From positions 1 to 64,000 of the forward strand of contig JAADVB010000031.1 of NCBI GenBank assembly GCA_023334545.1: a stretch of DNA of 64,000 bases, in the 5' to 3' direction. The DNA is from Salisapilia sapeloensis CBS 127946. Taxonomy: Eukaryota > Protista > Oomycota. The position numbers were made by a program, and so were the translations under genes. The notes below the pieces were generated by a model. The model was not told where the DNA came from and did not search any database. It saw only the letters and a list, made by a program, of their open reading frames with translations. Shown here piece by piece: positions 36,044 to 46,936 of the stretch; positions within the stretch are counted from its first letter, which is position 1; every line of letters begins with the position of its first letter.

Positions 36044-36898
36044 CGAAGATACCAGTTGCGTGTGGGCTGCGGAGATGAATTAGTGACTTACAGAAACTCT
36101 AGCAAGAGATGGGGAGAGACAATATTGAAGCGAATGATGCATGATGCATGAATATAAAATTAAAGTTTATCTTTAGTTTATCAATTGTCATGACAAAGTT
36201 GCATGCATTGCATGTGGTGCAGCCGTCTTGGCTTCATAACCAAACTGGTATATGGGTCCCATTTAGAAATGCTCAAGAGAAGTTAGGGATAGAGCGCTAC
36301 ATGCTTGTCGCGGTAGCTTTCTATAATAAAAGATCGTAACAGCGATCTAGGATGAAACTCGAAAGCGTATTCTCAGCGGTCTATTGTCGTTCTTGGAGAA
36401 ATATATTCGCATGACACTAATAGCCAAAGTCTATCAAGCTCCTTGTACATATATACTAACATTATAAAAGTCTATCCTGAGTCATCTGAGTCCTTGAGCT
36501 ACATAGGAACATGATCAAACGACTCTAAACATCATTAACTGGTAAAGCTTCCAATGAAGTAAAGAAGACCATCGATGGGTCATTCCCTCCTTGCAGTATG
36601 AAAGTTGCTAAGTTTAATCACACGACGGTTTCTGCTTGCAATCAAGAGCTTACAGAGGTAAATAGTAGATTGGCTGAGAGGTGCATCCAGGCTGTGTATA
36701 CTACCCGATATAGTTTATACGACCATAGTTGGTGTAAAGGCTATAGACACCACAATTGGGTGTAAGTTTATTCTTGCATTACTAGTCCGTCGACTACATG
36801 AGTAAATAAAGACGAGACCATACCAGTAAAGTATTGTATTCAGCAATCTATCCATTCATTCTGCTCATCCTACTTTGAATGATACGCGTCCAGCACAC

Positions 36899-38326
36899 TT
36901 ACTCGCAACAGCTGTACGGGGTCTCTGGTTCGACATGCTCTTCAATTTTCTCTTTCTTGTCCAGACTAGACCATTGCGATGGCTTTAGTAGTCGATCCAT
37001 CGACATCATACTAGCAAGTTCCGGATGCATCTGCCACGCCGACAACCATTCCTCCTCTCCAATGCTATCATCCTGCCCCAGGTTTGCCTCCGTGAAGATC
37101 TGGTCCATCATCGATGGAACCTCTTTCCCCACCTTCACTAGCGTCCTTTGGACTGCTTCCGCTTGGTCCGCGTACTTGTCATTATCTGCAAACTTCATTG
37201 ACCTCTTTTCTTGATCTTTGGAAAGCGCATTCTTTGTATCCAAAATTAATGTCGAAAACGTGTTTTCAATGGACTGGATACGTCGCTGCATGACTACTGT
37301 CAACTCTTCCTGATTGATGCGCCCACACTTGAATGTACTTGTTTCGAATTGATGGAAAAGGCACTGAGCTTTCTCCTGTGTGGATGCTTTCGTCATTAGG
37401 TATACACCAACAACGAATTCATCCATCGTCAGCCTCGCCTTCTTTCCACTCGCAATCAGACTGCATAGTACTGCGCCGGCCAACGAAGGATTCTGAAATA
37501 GCTCATCCAACTTTGGAAACTGTTCGCTGAGCTGATGACAGGAGGACAAGAAGCCGTCTATGTACATCTTTTTTCCTTCTTCTTCCTGCACGGAATACTT
37601 TTCAAACACATTCTTCAGTTCCTCATAGTCTTCCACAGACATTCTTCGCTTGATAAACGCAGTCCCGCTTTGTCTCGCTACTATGGCTTCAGCGTCCTCT
37701 CTGTCCATGGAGCCAGCAGACACGGGCGTACTACTCGTCGATGCATTTGAACAGTTCTCCTTGTTATTGGAATGAGTGAAACGGCTAGACTCGATCGCAA
37801 TAGACTCCTCTGGCATGCTCGCTCGACGCTTTTTCAACGCATCCGCGCGACCGATGAAGGCTTTGAGCTGAGCTGCAACGACGTCGTCAAAGAAGAGTCG
37901 TATCGCATTCGCATGCAGCGCTGAGTCGACTGTAAAGGTCACTTGGAAGTCCACTTGGCACTCGCCCGGTTCGTCCGCCGATGTGAACTTCCATTCGCTA
38001 TCGATCGTTTTGAAAATAGGTGAGTCGACGACTCTCGTGCGAATGAGCTCCGGCTTGCTCATCGTCACGCGTGATGTGAAGGATTCGTGGAAGATCTTGA
38101 AGCCAATGGACAACTCTGCATCCATCTCTTCTTGTCCATGCTGACTCTTAATAGTCGATCCGACGCAAAACGGTAAGAACTCGTGGTACTTGCTGACATC
38201 TGCCACGACATCGAACATCTCTTCTTGCGTAAAGGGCACGACCTTTTGCATCGCGTGGGACTTGGTCAATGCACTCGACGAGGCCGGACCTGTCATCCAG
38301 GAGAAAAAGGAGCGCTTTGATGTCAT
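36899..38326 (-). CDS. COQ10-like START-domain protein fused to a C-terminal EF-hand (NCS/calcineurin-B-like) region, intronless
   Basis: VPFTQEEMFDVVADVSKYHEFLPFCVGS...AELSIGFKIFHESFTSRV (COQ10/RatA). Later LTMDEFVVGVYLMTKASTQEKAQCLFHQF...GRINQEEL and IFTEANLGQDDSIGEEEW. Confidence 0.8.
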   Translation of the reverse strand: MTSKRSFFSWMTGPASSSALTKSHAMQKVVPFTQEEMFDVVADVSKYHEFLPFCVGSTIKSQHGQEEMDAELSIGFKIFHESFTSRVTMSKPELIRTRVVDSPIFKTIDSEWKFTSADEPGECQVDFQVTFTVDSALHANAIRLFFDDVVAAQLKAFIGRADALKKRRASMPEESIAIESSRFTHSNNKENCSNASTSSTPVSAGSMDREDAEAIVARQSGTAFIKRRMSVEDYEELKNVFEKYSVQEEEGKKMYIDGFLSSCHQLSEQFPKLDELFQNPSLAGAVLCSLIASGKKARLTMDEFVVGVYLMTKASTQEKAQCLFHQFETSTFKCGRINQEELTVVMQRRIQSIENTFSTLILDTKNALSKDQEKRSMKFADNDKYADQAEAVQRTLVKVGKEVPSMMDQIFTEANLGQDDSIGEEEWLSAWQMHPELASMMSMDRLLKPSQWSSLDKKEKIEEHVEPETPYSCCE

Positions 38327-38585
38327 TTTCGATCGTGTCCGGTGGAAACAGAGAAATAGGTGGAATGAAGAAATATATGTAAAGGAGTAATGAAACGGAT
38401 GTGCTTGAAATGATACTTTCGAACGAGTCGTAACCTAGGTATAGAGAAGAAACAGTCACGTCATCCGGTGCAATCAACGTAGGTTTCCACATCTCCGAGT
38501 GTCCATTTGTAGGTCTGGTCTGGTATTTTCTGCCAATCACGAAGCCTGTCAAGGCCCATCACCTCGTCTCAATGCAGTGACCAAT

Positions 38586-39938
38586 ATGCCTGCTGACGCT
38601 GTCTATACGTCCGTGTCGACACCGACGAATGCTGGGGGAGTCCTACGTTCCGTCCCGAGTCATCAACATAACCTGCCTGTGCGTGATTTGCATCCACGTC
38701 CGGCACGATCCGAGGACGATGCTGAAGACATGGCATTAGAGCGAGAAGGCGTGGAGACGACGATTCGCCGTGCTCGAGCGCTCCAGTCGGATAAACTGGA
38801 CGCGTGGATGCCAGTGATTAGCGGCATTAGCATCGGAGCCTACTTTGGTGTGGGCGTGCGAGTGCTTTTAAACGAGTTTGGCAAAGTGCTCCCGACGTCC
38901 GAGACGCACTTGCTGGAGCTCCTCGGCTTTGGCTTCTTCTTAGCAAACATACTCGGGTGCTTCGTCATGGGATTCACAGGCAGGATGAAGCCTCTGCTAT
39001 CGAATCAATATGCAGTTCTATTGACAGCGATTACGACTGGCTTTTGCGGCTGCTGTACGACGTTTGCGAGCTGGATGGTCGCCACGGCCGCCATGTTCGT
39101 CCATGGCAAGTGGCTCGACGCGCTCTTAAGTCTTGGCATCCAGTTCGTCGTGGCGTACGGAGGCTTCCGATGCGGCATCCATGCTGCAGAAGCTGTCGTC
39201 CGTGTGCTCGTGCGTCGGTCCTTCCCGTTCAAAAAGTCTCCTCTCTACCTCCAGCAGATGCAGACGAGTCTGGACTGGCATCTCGACGACGTTCGGACCG
39301 CCAAGTCAGACCACTACAGCCACAATGTTAGTGACCTGATGGAGTCCACCGAGAGGTCGCTCGTGTCTGCTCGAGATAATAGTAGCTCTCTACTGGAGCA
39401 GCTAAATGCAGAGGAGAGCGCTCGCTGGACGGTGGATCACGACTGGAAGAAGTGGAGTGTCTTGCTTGTTCTTTTCACGGCCTTGTTCTGGTGTCTAGCC
39501 TTTGTCGGTTTCAGTACGTACCTCAGCTCTCGCCTCTTGGCCATAGCTGTCGCTCCGTTTGGTGCTTTAGCCAGATATCTCTTATCTCTTCTGAACACTC
39601 GATCCGAGTGCAAACACATTCCTCTCTTTACGCTCCTCCCGAACGTCCTGGCGACGTTTATCGGAAGTCTCATCCAATTGATTGGCAGTGCGACTGCTTC
39701 AGACAGTGGCAATGCAACCGATACGTTTATGTTGCTGGGAGACGGTATGGCTATCACCGGCTTCCTTGGCTCACTATCGACGGTGTCCACTTGGATCAAT
39801 GAACTCGACGCCCTGGCATCCAAACGACTCTTCTGGGCATATAGATACGCCGTCGCGAGTCTCGTCGTCTCTCTCCTCGGCAGTGTCTTCATCCTGGGAC
39901 TGTGGAACGCCCATGGGACACATCCTCTCCTCATTTAA
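38586..39938 (+). CDS. FEX: FEX fluoride export protein (two CrcB/Fluc domains)
   Basis: GAYFGVGVR...FLANILGCFVMG...TTGFCGCCTTFASW, then APFGALARY...GFLGSLSTVSTW. Start may be further upstream (ORF from 38499). Confidence 0.88.
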   Translation: MPADAVYTSVSTPTNAGGVLRSVPSHQHNLPVRDLHPRPARSEDDAEDMALEREGVETTIRRARALQSDKLDAWMPVISGISIGAYFGVGVRVLLNEFGKVLPTSETHLLELLGFGFFLANILGCFVMGFTGRMKPLLSNQYAVLLTAITTGFCGCCTTFASWMVATAAMFVHGKWLDALLSLGIQFVVAYGGFRCGIHAAEAVVRVLVRRSFPFKKSPLYLQQMQTSLDWHLDDVRTAKSDHYSHNVSDLMESTERSLVSARDNSSSLLEQLNAEESARWTVDHDWKKWSVLLVLFTALFWCLAFVGFSTYLSSRLLAIAVAPFGALARYLLSLLNTRSECKHIPLFTLLPNVLATFIGSLIQLIGSATASDSGNATDTFMLLGDGMAITGFLGSLSTVSTWINELDALASKRLFWAYRYAVASLVVSLLGSVFILGLWNAHGTHPLLI

Positions 39939-40126
39939 CGCCAATACACGCTCTAGACGCTACTTCTAGTCCATCTTCAAGTTCACAACACATAATGCCA
40001 CTACTTGGATAACTTCAAGTTCGAGGTCTCAAATACCATGCTTGCTGTAACTTCAAGTTGGGATCATAGGATGCCACTGCTTTCGGACATGGAAAACGGA
40101 AAAAGGAAGAAAGCGAGGCGCAGACG

Positions 40127-41824
40127 ATGGGGCTACTCGCACCTTTGTATACGCTCTTACTAGTCGTTTTCATCTCCTTTGTGCACGCATGGTCCTTCGG
40201 CAGTCGAATGCAAACGTATGTGGAGCGTCTGGGATACTACTCTGGTTTGGGGTGTACGTTATCGATCGAATCGATGCTATCGAGCAGCATGGAGGCAAAT
40301 GCTGATGGTTTCAAGCGTAGATCAGTGCACGTATGTCGACCATCCATCGCAATCTGTCCGTGAGACCTTGTCGAAGCAACTCAAGGCTCAGGAGCGAGCG
40401 CTCGAGTCCGTCGCGGACGCTATTGAGGCATGGGAGTTCTCGTACGTCCTCTTTCTAGAATTTGTCGCCCATAGGTAGTCATAGGAAGTGTATGAGTATA
40501 GCCACACATCTACCAAGGACCGTACACCTCTGGTGATGGCTGTGACAGGTCCGACAGGCACCGGGAAGACGGAGCTGTCGTACGTTTTGGCCGAAAGTCT
40601 CTTTAAGCGTCGTCGGAAGCTTCCAAACAGTGAGAAGCAGGTCGCATCCGGCCTGCTCATCTTCCGGTAGACTCGGTATAGATGATGTAGATTTACAGGT
40701 AGCTAAGAGCGTGGGGTAGAGGTGAAGATTTTGGTGATAACTACACGTACCCGATCTCCGAGTACCATACGCAGATCAAGACCAGGTAGACGCTTGGGAG
40801 GTGTACTTTGTAGGATAGAGACTTAGTTGCAAGTGTAGAATGGCAGAGCATCTACATACGTGTGGAGGGAAGGCTGTGATCGTGTTTGACGAAGTGCAAA
40901 AGGTCATCCCGAACACGCTGGACGGTACGCTTGTGCTTTTTATAACAGATCGACTCGACTATATCTCTTCATGTGGTCTAGTTTTGATGGAAGCAGTGGG
41001 GCCTCGAGCGCAGCTGACGTACTACAAGAACGGCGTGACGAAGCGCATCGACACGAGCAACGTTTGCCCTTTTGATACGAGGCGTCTCGTAGCATACTCA
41101 CCGTGTCTCTAGGTGATTTTCATCTTGGTGTCGGACATTGGTGTGTCCGAGATGGAAAAGGTGATGGTGCAGTACGAGACGAGGCAGGAGGTGCCTAGCA
41201 GTGCGTTGGAAAAGGTGGTCAAGACGGCTCTGGACGCCCAGTGGAAGCGTCTGCACTTTGGCAAGGTCATCGACAAGGTACCTCTGTCTCTCTTGTAGGG
41301 AGGCAAGACTCTCATACGTGCACTAGGTCGTTCCTTTCCTGCCGTTTGAGCAGCAGCACATCTCGGAGATCATCGGGCTCAAGCTGCGGCAGTTGGATGA
41401 AAACTACGGCGGCGTCTACTGGCACCGATTGTGGGTGCAGGACGGCATCGCCGACTACATGTCTCGCCTCGACTCTGTCCACTACGAAGTCCGGTCGGCG
41501 CGTGTGGGTGGGCTGGTCAAGAGCACCAAGGTCTTTGCCAAGTACGGCGCGCGGAACGTCGAGACGGGACCCATCCAGCTGCTCAAGTCCAAGCTCCTGC
41601 GCTACCTCCGGCCCTTTGATCCAGGTATTTTATGTAGTATATAAAGTATAGTGTAGTCGCTCAAGAAATGAGTAGAAGCTGAAGTTCGGATCTCTCAGGA
41701 CCCGAGTACGAGCGAGATCGTCATCACGTCGTGTGCGGCGCAACCGAAGGAGGCGAGTAGGGAGCAGGATGGAGATTTCGTCGGACTGGCCTGTGCAGTC
41801 AAGTGGCAAGGCAAATTCGAATAA
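40127..41824 (+). CDS. Signal-peptide-bearing torsin-like AAA+ ATPase, spliced
   Basis: Hydrophobic N-terminus MGLLAPLYTLLLVVFISFVHA, Walker A GPTGTGKT, Walker B IVFDEVQKV and IFILVSDIG. Confidence 0.68.
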
Positions 41825-42005
41825 GTAGACGCAATCCATTTCTCCATCTTTCCTATGTACTATGTCCGCTAGTCCTTTGGTCGTACTCGTCTACTAGTGT
41901 CTAGTGCCACCGACTCCTCGCTTGGATGGTACTATGAGGGTACAGTCAACAACCGTCGCTGCGTGTCTGTCTTTTTGTCCAATGGGAGTGTGTCTCCTTC
42001 CATGT

Positions 42006-42011
42006 GATTGG
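42006..42011. promoter_or_regulatory. Candidate CCAAT box (GATTGG) upstream of RPT5
   Basis: TGATTGGTT lies ~75 bp before the ATG at 42086. Confidence 0.4.
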
Positions 42012-42085
42012 TTGAAAAGGAGGTAAAAGATAGCACGACACAAGCGGAAGAAGGAGTATCTGCAGAGAGGTTCTCGACGGACGGT

Positions 42086-43605
42086 ATGAGTGCATCAGAG
42101 ACAAATGCGAGTATGCATGCAGAGGAAGAAGAGCTTGACCCAGAAGTCTTGCTCATGTCGAATGAAGAGCTGCGGCAGCGCATTCGGCTTTTGGACAATG
42201 ACATTCGGATCATGCGGAGTGACGTCCAACGCATCAACCACGAGTCGAACTCGCAGAAGGAGCACATCAAGGAGAATAATGAAAAAGTGAAGCTGAATAA
42301 ACAGCTTCCGTACCTCGTAGGGAACATCGTAGAGGTACGTTTAATCTTCTATCGCTTATGGAAAGATCTACTTTGGCTAAGCTACGATTAGATTCTCGAG
42401 CTAGAGGACGATGAGGATGAGCAGGATGGAGCTGCCACGGACGTCGACGCCGCGAGAAAAGGCAAGAGCGCTGTCATCAAGACCTCGACGCGCCAGACGA
42501 TCTTCCTGCCCATCCCAGGACTCGTCGATTCGCAGGAACTCGAACCGAACGACCTCGTCGGGACGAATAAGGACAGCTACTTGATCCTGGAAAAGCTTCC
42601 GGCAGAGTATGACTCGCGAGTCAAGGCCATGGAGGTGGATGAGAAGCCGTCGGAAGAGTACAGCGACATTGGCGGTCTCGACAAGCAGATCCAGGAGCTC
42701 GTCGAGGCCGTCGTGCTGCCCATTACGCACAAGGAGCGTTTCGATGCCGTAGGTATCGCGCCACCCAAGGGTGTCCTCCTCCACGGTCCTCCTGGCACAG
42801 GCAAGACGCTGCTCGCTCGCGCCTGTGCCAAGCAGACGGACGCGATCTTTCTCAAGCTCGCCGCGCCGCAGCTCGTGCAGATGTTCATCGGAGACGGCGC
42901 CAAGCTCGTGCGCGACGCGTTTGAGCTCGCAAAGGAAAAGTGCCAGGAGCAGGACATCGGCGGCGCGATTATCTTTATCGACGAGCTCGACGCGATCGGA
43001 ACGAAGCGGTTTGGAGGAGAGCAGTCGGGCGACCGGGAGGTCCAGCGGACGATGCTGGAGCTCTTGAACCAACTGGATGGCTTCACTAGTAACACCAAGA
43101 TCAAGGTCATTGCCGCCACGAACCGTCCGGACGTCTTGGACCCTGCGCTCTTGCGATCCGGACGTCTCGACCGAAAGGTATGCTTGGTAGGAGATGAGGT
43201 AGGAGGGAGGTACTTATAAGGAACTAGATTGAGCTCCCGCACCCGACAGAAGAGGCACGTGCGCGTATTCTGCAGATCCACTCGCGCAAGATGAACGTCG
43301 ACTTGGACGGTATTTCTTATCAATTGTATTCTCGTTGGATAGGACTTGACGATGGAAATAGATGTGAACTTTGATGAGTTGGCTCGAAGCACGGACGACT
43401 TTAACGGAGCACAACTCAAGGCGGTAGGGTCTCGTGGCAGTGGTAACCTAGAGGACTTGAATCTGATTTGTCGAGCTAGGTGTGTGTGGAGGCTGGCATG
43501 CTCGCGCTTCGTCGCGAGTCTTCTTCTATCAAGCACGAGGACTTTATGGAAGGCATCTCGGTCGTATCGGCCAAGAAGAAGGCCAATCTACAGTACTACG
43601 CCTAG
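42086..43605 (+). CDS. PSMC3: 26S proteasome regulatory ATPase RPT5 (subunit 6A)
   Basis: [73 protein letters not shown] and C-terminal LQYYA*. Confidence 0.96.
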
Positions 43606-43720
43606 AATGGACAGCTCCGTCTGGATGCTTGGAATACAATCTACTTTGCTCCAGACATTTTTATACCTCGTCCGTTTCATCCATACTAGTTGTACCTTTA
43701 CACACGATCTGTCTGCTGTC

Positions 43721-46464
43721 ATGACGGATGAGGACGACCGACTGCGGTCGCTACGACGACACTCGTCCTATAGTTCCTCCGTCCGGAACCTACTTAACAG
43801 CAGAGCAGCAGAGTCAGCTATTGTACGGCCACTTGTCTTTCCGTCTGCTTCCTGTCGCTCACTCTCTCCTAGGATGGCGTACGGAAAGGATCGGCAGCTA
43901 TCAAGCACTTGTTCGACGTCAAGCACCAGGAGGGGGATGTACGACTCTTATCTCTGCTAGATGTGGTAACCTGACGTGATGTGCGTAGCCGCTGGATCTA
44001 GACACGTACTATAAGTCTCGTCAGCGACGACGGACGGTACTTGGAGATGACATAACGAGCTCTCTTGCGAAAGGAGGGATTCTGACGTCGCCTTCGATAA
44101 GCAGTCTGACGCAGAAAGTGGACTATAGCTCCAGTGCGCCTGCGAGACGGAGCTTACACGTGACGCTGTCACCGGGAGAAGAGTACGAGAACTATCAGAA
44201 GGTGTATGCTGCCACGAGTACCCTCGAAGTGAATGCGATACAGGAGGAGACAGAGGATGAGGTGGAGGGTGCCGGAGTTGACAAGAACACGATCGAGACG
44301 TTTCAACATAGCCTTGGCGAGGCGAGCAGCAAGGGAGACAGTAGTCAAAGAGCAGAATCGGATACGAAGGATAATGATAGTGTACGCCAACCGGATAGGG
44401 CGGCTCGGATGACAGGCATCGCACCGGGACTCCAGCACGTTCATAGCAGACTCGGGAAGCGGCATGACGCCAAGCTGCACACACACTTGGCGACGCGAAA
44501 GAAACCAGAGAGACTCATGTTCAGTCCGCTCGGTCGCTTCAGACTCGTATGGGACGTCCTCAGCATCGGCTTCATCTTCTATAATGCTATTGCGCTGCCT
44601 GTAGATTCCTTCTAAACATACTTGTACGATGTGGTAACTTAGTGTTCATAAATGTAGTTTGATGCGTCCTTCGACACGTCAGCTTGGTCGAAGAGCGCGA
44701 TCGAGACCTGCGTCGACATCTTTTTCATGTTTGACATTGTAGAAACTTCCTACCACCTTTACTTGTAGTAGCGTCTCATGTTGATATATGTAGTTTATCA
44801 CGTTCAACACGGCAGCAGAGATTGGCGGGTCACTTCGATACAGTCGGAAGGAGGCGGCTAGAACGTACTTGACGTCGTGGTTTATCGTGGACCTGACGGC
44901 CGCGCTTCCGTATGACTTGTTCTTCTCCGACCAGGACGTCGAGGACAGCTCTTCCTCCTATACACTACTGCAGACGCTTCGATTGCTTCGACTCGTCCGA
45001 CTATTGCGTCTCTTTCGAGTGTCTCGCATCCTGCGTCGCATCCAGAACACCATCTTCATTCGCTCGACGCTCAGTTCCTTACTCAAGTACTGCCTCATGG
45101 TCATGTTCATCGCCCACTGGTTCAGCTGTATCTTCCACGCCATCGCCGTATCATCCACGTATGAAAAGAACTGGGTAACCGAGCAAAGACTTCAGGAGCC
45201 GAACGCTAACAAGTGGGACCGATACGTCGCTGCACTCTACTTCTCCGTCATGACACTGTAAGCTACGTAGGCAAAGGTAGTCGATAGACCACGTAATCTC
45301 TTGTATCAATCTAGAGCGACCATTGGATTCGGCGACGTCGCTGGGACCAACCCAGACGAACGCTTCTTCTGCATCTTTGCCATGATCGTCGGAGGTGGCG
45401 TCTTTGCCTATGGAATCACGAATGTAACCTCTACATTATCCTGCTGCTGTGCAGTATCTCTGACTATGTCACTTGACTGCTAGATCGTGGAGCTCGTGTC
45501 GAGTCTGACGATCCACGAGACACGGTTTCGACAGAAGATGGACGAAGTGAACGAATACATGACTGCACGCGAGCTACCGATGCGTCTTCGGATGGAAATC
45601 CGAGAGTTCTATCACAACACACGGTTGTCTCGCGAAAGCAAGTTGAACGCTGAGCAACGTATTTTGAATGACTTGTCGTCCAAACTCCGGTCGAAGATCG
45701 CGTTAAGCATAAATGATCAGTTTCTACGTAAATTCAAGTTCTTTGCTGGGAGCGACCCTGACTTTCTCATGGAGCTGGCACTGAATATGCGCATGATCCA
45801 CTTTGCACCTTTGGAAGACGTAATTGTCGAAGGCGAGGTCGGGTACGAGATGTTCTTCATCTTCCGAGGCGCCGTCGAAGTCATTCGAGGTGGAAGGCAG
45901 TTGGGGATCATGGGAGAGAACCAGTACTTTGGAGAGCTCGCGATCTTGAATGATGACAATCGACGGACAGCTACCGTGCGTACGATTTGCTTTTGCGAAT
46001 TGAGATTGCTGTCGCGAACCAGGTTTCTCGATGCCCTTGCGCTGTTTCCAGCGATGCAGGCAAAGATGGAGGAGCTGGCTGCTCAGAGGAACAAACAGAA
46101 GAGTCCTCGACCGAGACTTGCGTCAATGCGGGCAGCGGGGACTCCGGAAGAAAAGGACCTGTCAGCTCCTGTCAAGCTGCGAGCAGGACCACAGCACGCC
46201 AATTCCCAGTCTCGACTGAATGTAACGATGCAAAGGAGACAATCGGCAGCCAAGACAGCTCCGCTCGGGGCCACTGCACGCATGCCAACTGCCAAGTTAC
46301 CATCGTACACGGTGAACGAAGGGAGCAACGAGTCGGTGCCGGCGTCGATATCAAGCGCCATCGCCGAAACGTGCACCTTGCTTGACGAAGCCACGCGTCG
46401 CCAAGAGCTCTTGCTTCAACGCATCAACCGAGTTACCGGGACAATGCGTCAGAATCGCTCTTGA
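43721..46464 (+). CDS. Voltage-gated/cyclic-nucleotide-binding-domain cation channel (EAG/HCN/CNG-like)
   Basis: YLTSWFIVDLTAALP, S4 LRLLRLVRLLRLFR, YVAALYFSVMTL-TIGFGD pore, C-linker and cNMP domain YFGELAIL...RRTATVRT. Confidence 0.88.
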
Positions 46465-46488
46465 TAAATCAACACGTGCTTTTATTCT

Positions 46489-46850
46489 TCATATCAAGGA
46501 CGATGGTGTCAAGAGCATGTAGCAAAGTCTACTTATTCGTCTCTGGTCTTCTTCTTGGATGTGGCAGTATCTTTAGAAGCAACAAACACACACCATGTAT
46601 TCGTTCGTACCGCTTTCTCTCACCTGACTGGATCTGGTAACCCAGCATTTTCAATCAAGTCTTCCAAGCTTTGCATCGAAATTTCTAGTCTAGTATACTT
46701 TTTCCCATACCGTTTGCTATCAAAAACGCATGTCGTCCCCTACCTCGACATCCTATACTCTCGCCAAGTCGTTTACCCGCAGAGAGCGTCCATGCCATCC
46801 AGTAACCTCGCATCCAGTCTTCGGAGCTCTCCAATGATCGTTCGTCATGG
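46489..46850 (-). other. Possible small spliced gene hidden between the channel gene and metH
   Basis: Two intron-like segments on the minus strand (GTAAAC...GATAG, 60 nt; GTGAG...CTAAAG) join to MDALCGKRYGKKYTRLEISMQSLEDLIENAGLPDPVRYCH.... No family recognised. Confidence 0.2.
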
Positions 46851-46936
46851 GACAGCGCCTCCACACCTCAATTCAAGTATGGCCCATAAAACCTGCGAAA
46901 GACAGGTGGACTGACACAAGCAGAAGAGGACAAGAG

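Noticed and set aside
42401-43536. Long antisense ORFs over RPT5, metH, MUT and other genes (for example 42401-43072, 42577-43536, 48080-48778)
   Set aside because: These are shadow frames of GC-rich coding sequence with no recognisable motifs.
46845-46895. In-frame TGA (…[17 protein letters not shown]…) upstream of the cryptic minus-strand frame, suggesting selenocysteine
   Set aside because: There is no known selenoprotein motif, no plausible upstream start without overlapping metH, and no SECIS recognised.
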